Shown here: positions 47,041 through 52,500 of the stretch, piece by piece
Numbering within the stretch: position 1 is the first letter of the stretch
How the letters are laid out: every line of letters begins with the position of its first letter
Source of the DNA: Lama guanicoe
Taxonomy: Eukaryota
DNA: 52,500 nt
Direction of reading: 5' to 3'
NCBI GenBank assembly: GCA_013239625.1
Contig: MU053594.1
Span: 1,581,654-1,634,153 of the forward strand
Position numbers and translations under genes: made by a program
The notes under the pieces: generated by a model
Seen by the model: only the letters and a program-made list of their open reading frames with translations
What the model was told of the DNA's origin: nothing
The model's database searches: none

Positions 47041-47809
47041 GGGGGTTTTTTGTGTGTATATATATATATATATACTTTTCATTAAAGTATAGTCAGTTTA
47101 CAATGTTGTGTCAATTTCTGGTGTACAGCAGAATGCTTCAGTCATACATGAACATACATATATTTGTTTTCATATTCTTTTCCACCGTAAGTTACTACCA
47201 GATATTGAACACAGTTCCCTGTGCTATACAGTATGAACTTGTTGTTTACTTATTTTATATATACTAGTTAGTATCTGCAAATCTCGAACTCCCAGTTTAT
47301 CCCTTCCCAACCCCTTCCACCTCTAGTAACCATAAGTTTATTTTCTAAGTCTGTGAGTCTGTTTCTGTTTTATAAATAAGTTCACTTGTCTTTTTCGTTT
47401 TTTTTAGATTCCACACGTAAGTGATATCATACGGTATTTTTCTTTCTCTTTCTGGTTTACTTCACTTAAAATGACAGTCTCCAGGTCCATCTATGTTGCT
47501 GCAAATGGCATTATTTTATTCTTTTTTATGGCTGAGTAGTATTCCTGTGTGTGTGTGTGTGTGTGTGTGTGACATATATATATATATATAATAGCTTCTT
47601 TATCCAGTCATCTGTCAATGGACCTTTAGGTTGTTTCCGTGTCTTAACTATTGTAAATAGTGCTGCAGTGAACATTGCAGTGCATGTATCTTTTTGAATT
47701 AAGGTTCCCTCTGAATATATGCCCAGGAGTGGGATGCTGGATCATATGGTAAGTCTATTTTTAGTCTTTTGAGGAATCTCCATACTGTTTTCCATAACAG
47801 CTGCACCAA
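47041..47809 (-). mobile_element. 5'-truncated lineage-specific LINE-1 3' end with internal (GT)n(AT)n
   Basis: Closely resembles the reverse complement of 4590-5290 (agtcagtttacaatgttgtgtcaatttctggtgtacag, gttgctgcaaatggcattatttt, ggatcatatggtaagtct). Confidence 0.92.
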
Positions 47810-48396
47810 GGAAAATATTTTTGTTTCATTCTTAAATGACCATAACTACTTAGTAACAGGATGTGTGTGGTGTGCAGGTTGGGCAGTACACAGCCTCTCT
47901 AAACTTGGAATCAGACCAGACACTGTCACCCTCGTTTCTTATTCTACACTGATTTTCCCATAGTGCTCGCTTTTTATCACAACCACCACTGAAATGCCAG
48001 TTGCATAAATATGTGTCATCACAAAGTATGTAGGGCAACCTCATGGTGAAACTGATAGCCATCCTGAGCTACTTAGCAGTCTGCACGAAATCCAACAGAT
48101 GTTGAGGGTCTCTTTAAACACTAACATCCCTTGGAGCCCTGTGAACTCACCACAGGGCCCCAGGACACCGCTGAACTTAGCTCCTGCTCACCGTCTCATC
48201 GTATCACAGACCACACTCCCCAGGGTTCACGGTGGGTGCTCAGACTACAAGGACCTCTTTCCTCCCTTGCCTGAGCTGGGCGCTTACCCTCCTTGACACA
48301 TTTCGCCCTTGCTCTTTTCTCTCTGCCTTGAATGTTTTTTCTTTCCCAGGTCCTGGCAAGGCAGATGCCTTCTCTGCCTTCAGGTCATGGTTCAAA

Positions 48397-48593
48397 CTAT
48401 TATATATAAAAATAGATTAAAAAACAAATTTCTTCCATATAGCACAGGGAACTATATTCCATATCTTCTAATAACCTTTAATAAAAAATATGAAAATGAA
48501 TATATGTATGTATATGTATGACTGAAACATTATGCTGTACACCAGAAATGGACACATTGTAATTGACTACACTTCAATTAAAAAAAAAAAAAA
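48397..48593 (+). mobile_element. Short LINE-1 3' end with poly(A)
   Basis: tatataaaatagat...tagcacagggaactatatt...ttatgctgtacaccagaaatggacacattgtaattgactacacttcaatt then A-run. Confidence 0.88.
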
Positions 48594-48629
48594 GATGGTA
48601 CCAAAGGCTAAAAAACAAAAAAAAAAATA

Positions 48630-49100
48630 CCGCTGCACACCCTGACGCCGCCTTGGGCCTCCTACTAAATCACTCCTTGCTGCATCAGCCTCTTTTCTTG
48701 TCTTTCTAGCTCTTATCACTCTCTGAAATGATCCTGTTTATTTATTTACTAGTTTACTTACTTATTTCCTAGCTTCCCCCATCAGAATGTGAGCTTTATG
48801 AGATTTTTGTTCATTGCTGTTTCCCCAGAACCCAGAACAATTCTTAGCAATAAGAAGACAACAGTAACTGCTTACTGATGGAATGCAGCCACTATGCCCA
48901 GTGCAGAGAAGATGCGAGGGATGTGTTTTACACGTGTCATCCCTTTTGAGCTTCACAACAGCTATTAAAAAATAGATATGATGTGAACCCCAATTTATAG
49001 ATGAGGAGATCAAATCTCAGAGAAGTTAAGGGTTCAAGGCTGCACAGCTAACATGTCAGAGCTAAGATTCAGATTCGGGGCCATCTGACTCCAAGGCTGC
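48630..49100. repeat. L2 3' fragment followed by a minus-strand MIR
   Basis: agaatgtgagctttatgagatttttgttcattgctgtttccccagaaccc, then cccaatttatagatgaggagatcaaatctcagagaagttaag. Confidence 0.65.
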
Positions 49101-51034
49101 TTTTATTAAAATCAAATGACCTCCCACGGGCTTCCCATTATCTGCCCAGAAGAGCTAAGGCCCGCGGCAAAGTCAGGAAATGGAATCTGGGGGTGAATCC
49201 CCAGAGTCCTTGGAAGAGAAACTGCCCCAGATTGGAGATGACCATCTAGAGAGCCTAGCCCCCACCTCCAGGAGAGACCAGGACAGGCATCCCTCCCTGG
49301 GAAGTTTTGCTTCTCTGATTCTCCTGCCAGCAACGGGCCCAGGGATGACTCTTGCAGCCATATCTTCTGGCCTGGCCAGTGTTTCGCTGTAAACTTAATG
49401 ATTCGTGTAACTGGTGGCTGCTTCTAACTGCCAAGTTCCTGTTGATCACCCTGGCAGGTGGGGGGGGGGGCAACACACACAGCTGCAATCAAGGATTTAA
49501 TGAGCACCTACCATGCTCTCTGCACTGCACTGGGTGCTCAGGGGGCCCGCCTTGTCAGCAGTCTCTGGGTGAAGTAAGGATTATCAGGACACACTCATCT
49601 GTAGTCCCTGCGGGGAATTTTAGGTTGCATAACCCCCCACAGGGCACTGTGAAGGGGATCCACAGGTCAGATATCTGGTGGCTGGACACTGAGTTTAAGA
49701 CCCTCATACAAAGGAGAGGAGATGAAAATTTGGTCTGCAAACTCAAGGGACCTGTGCTTTGTCATTGTCCCTTCCTCATGCGTCTTGCTTTTACCGTGTT
49801 ACTATTAAACTGTGGGTTTAGACAGGAGAAAAAGTCCCCTTTCCTCTCCTTACCTTTCCATTCTCCTTTGCCTGGCCTAGCCAGCTCCTGCTTCTTCTTT
49901 CAGACTCAGTCCCCTGGGTTCCTCCTCCAGGAAGCCTTCCCGAGTTCCTACTGAGCCAGGCACTTCTCTGTGCTCAAAACAGCCCGCGTATGACTGGATC
50001 CTGGATCCTGTAATTACAGGTGTGTGTGGTGGGGGGGTCTTTCTCCCCTACCAAACTGGAAGCTTATTCACTATTGCATCTCCAGTCCCTGGCACCATGC
50101 CTGCCACAGAGTAGGAGTTTAGCAGTAAGTATCTGAGATGAATGAGTTACTGAATTCCCAGATCACATGTTCTGACCTGCGGTTAGGAAGATACAATCGT
50201 CCCAGTTCTAGTCTCGGTGCTGCCAGCATTTGTCAGATCTTGGAAAAGACCTCAGAGGTCATCCAGCTCGGCACACAGGCCCCTGCATCCTGAGGTCCCT
50301 GCCCTGGAAAGGTGGCCTGCTAAAACCACACACGGCAAGAGGATGACAGACTCCCTGGGAAAGGCTTGGCCACAGGACCCTCTTAGGTCTCAAGGCTCTG
50401 ACCTTCATCACTGACTGTTTAGAACAAATTATGACTCAAATTCGTTATCTTCTTTCTACTCTGGGTCAGAGACCAGGGCTCTCCGGCACTGCATGAGGTC
50501 TCTGTGATCGCTGCCCCCGGAGCCTGGGACATCACCTCCACACACAGCAGCCACCCCCGCCTCCCTTATGGCACAGCTTGCCAGAAAAATGCTCAGAAAA
50601 GCAATTAACACGAGACTGAGTAAAGGAAAAGTAGAAACGTGTGCGAATAAAGGAGGTGGCTCACAACAGCAGTCTGCACCAGGGGACCTGGGGATCGCGG
50701 CTTTGGTCACCAGGCTCTGCTCCCGAGGCTTCATCTCAGAAGAGCAGGGACCCTTTTTCATCGTGAGCCGACCGCCTGCCTGGGTGGGGGCCGGCAGGGA
50801 CCCCCGAGGCCAGGGCTGAGAGAGAGAGAAAGGCAGGCAGGGAGAAGAAACACTGAGGAAACACGAGGTCGCCCAGTGTCTGCTGATGGGCAAACTCGTG
50901 GGGAGAAACGAGAGAGAGACAGCGAGACAGAGACAGAACAAGGAGGGAGGAGGAGGCAAAGATACACAGACAAACTGAGAAACAGAAGTCGAGAACTTGA
51001 AAAAGAATTTTTAAAAAGAACGAGTTCTCCAAGC

Positions 51035-51232
51035 TGCTTCTGTGCAGCGCAGGGAACTGTCTTCAGTCTTTGCAGTCACCCATAATGAAAAAGAATACGA
51101 AAACGAATCTATGTATGTATGTATGTATGACGGAGCCATTATGCTGTACGCCAGATATTGATACAACTTTGTAAACTAACTATACTACAGTAAAAGAATC
51201 CAAATTTTCTTTTCAAAAGCTGGAAAAAAAAA
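51035..51232 (+). mobile_element. Short LINE-1 3' end
   Basis: cagcgcagggaactgt...gaaaaagaatacgaaaacgaatctatgtatg...ttatgctgtacgccagatattgatacaactttgtaaactaactatact. Confidence 0.8.
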
Positions 51233-51917
51233 GTTTTCCCAAGCAAGGAGAGCCTGAGATTGTGAGAAGCCCCCCCTGAAAGTCAGGGGAAGGTTATGAA
51301 AGTATCACTAGAATGTTCCAGAACGCATCCCTGGAACCTGCAAAGCCAGAGCACATTTGCTTTCAGTTCCCCACCTGTGATCACCCGGGGCTGGACCCAC
51401 CTGTCAGCACGTCTGCAGCTCTGGCCTCCCCGGCAGGCCGCCCCAAAGGCGCCCACAAGGTCACAGCTCCGCGAGGCACAGCGGGCCTCCACCTGTGGGG
51501 GGCCCCCCGACTGCCACTAGGCCACTGGGGAGCGGGCCCTGCTCTGACCCCTGCTTCTCAGTCCTTACTGTGGGGTCCACCACGCAGCACGCCTGAGACC
51601 AGCTACGTTTACTGTGGTTTTCCCAGAGGACTAGGGGTCCAGGAGGACCCACGTAGGCCCCCTACCCGCCTGCCTCCCACCTCCCACCCAGCCACCTTGC
51701 CAGGGCCCATCTCCCACCACCAGAAACACGCCAGCCCCTCCATGCCCTGGAGCCTGAGTCTGAGAGGTGTTGCGTCACCCCAGCCTAAGGCCTCATCCGG
51801 AAACCAATGTATGCCCTGGAGTGCCCCCTTTCACACCCCGTCCCTTGCAGGGGGCACCACTCCCACCCACCCAGTAGTCCAGATCGGCTCGGGCAAGGCC
51901 ATCTCATGATGCCATAC

Positions 51918-52422
51918 TGAAGTGGGGAGAAAAGGGGCAGGGCACAACCACTGAAGGAAGGACACAGCCACCGAGGACAGGGCAAACTGGCCAGAACCAA
52001 GATGGCGGAAGAGGCGACTTCCAGTGGACCTTGAGCCCCGTGGCACAGCCGCAGGTGCCAGGACAGTTTCTAGGCCAACCATAAAAGATCAAAAAGTAGG
52101 CAGGGTGGGGGGTGTTGCATTTCCTAGAAGTCCTCACCACTTTCCCAAAGTAGTTGGAATAATCCTCCAGCCTATTAGCATATAAAATTACCAAGCCCAT
52201 AGAACCTAACAACCCCACACCTCGTGGCCGCTTTCTCTCGCCTTCTGAGATGGCCCGCGCTCTGTCTACGGAGCGTGTGCCTCCTGCTGTTTTCCCTTCT
52301 GAGTAAGACAGACCCCACTCTCCGTGGAGTGCGTGTCTCTCTAAATAGACTTGCTTTCTCTTGTCCATGCCTTCCTCTTGAATTCTTTTCTGCGTGAGGC
52401 AAGAACCTGTTCTCCCACAGCA
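51918..52422 (+). mobile_element. MER41-like ERV1 solo LTR
   Basis: TG...CA termini; 4-bp TSD atac at 51914-51917 and 52423-52426; colinear with the LTR at 32145-32682; YY1 motif caagatggcgg; GAS ttcctagaa. Confidence 0.85.
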
Positions 52423-52500
52423 ATACAATCATACATTTCCCAAAGCCTGGCTGATTCCATTCTGGAATAAGCTTGGATCAGGGTTGGGGGGCGGGGGGTA

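Noticed and set aside
49352..51909. Long ORFs of 167-200 aa (49352-49954, 50456-50959, 51313-51909)
   Set aside because: Non-ATG starts, overlap with L2 or low-complexity GC-rich sequence, and no recognisable protein similarity
32145..52422. A 20-kb provirus bounded by the two MER41-like LTRs
   Set aside because: Different TSDs (aatc and atac), diverged sequences, no gag/pol/env, and ancient MIR/L2 elements between them

Overview
Mammalian, repeat-rich, apparently intergenic genomic DNA, most likely from a camelid: it carries five copies of a tRNA-Ala-derived SINE matching my recollection of the Camelidae Vic-1 family, and I recognised no Alu, B1/B2, BovA/BovB or PRE elements. I found no intact protein-coding gene. 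The only ORFs with recognisable homology are relics: a heavily decayed ubiquitin-RPS27A processed pseudogene (about 22.8-23.3 kb), L1 ORF1/ORF2 fragments and a Tigger/pogo transposase N-terminus. Much of the window is nested interspersed repeats (MIR, L2, L1, HAL1-like, ERV1/ERVL/MaLR LTRs, hAT and Tigger MITEs). Between them are repeat-free, homeodomain-motif-dense islands that look like developmental enhancers, several CTCF-like motifs, and a promoter-like CpG island at about 46.0-46.6 kb. I do not see a convincing previously undescribed biological system. The best leads are two MER41-like LTRs that keep STAT GAS motifs, an LTR with a 31-bp triplication giving four evenly spaced CCAAT boxes, a solo LTR with an intact promoter, a direct-repeat-flanked chimeric L1 insertion, and a poly(A)-only insertion with a 17-bp duplication. 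Repeat family names come from recall of consensus sequences, not a database search, and boundaries without a stated TSD are approximate.
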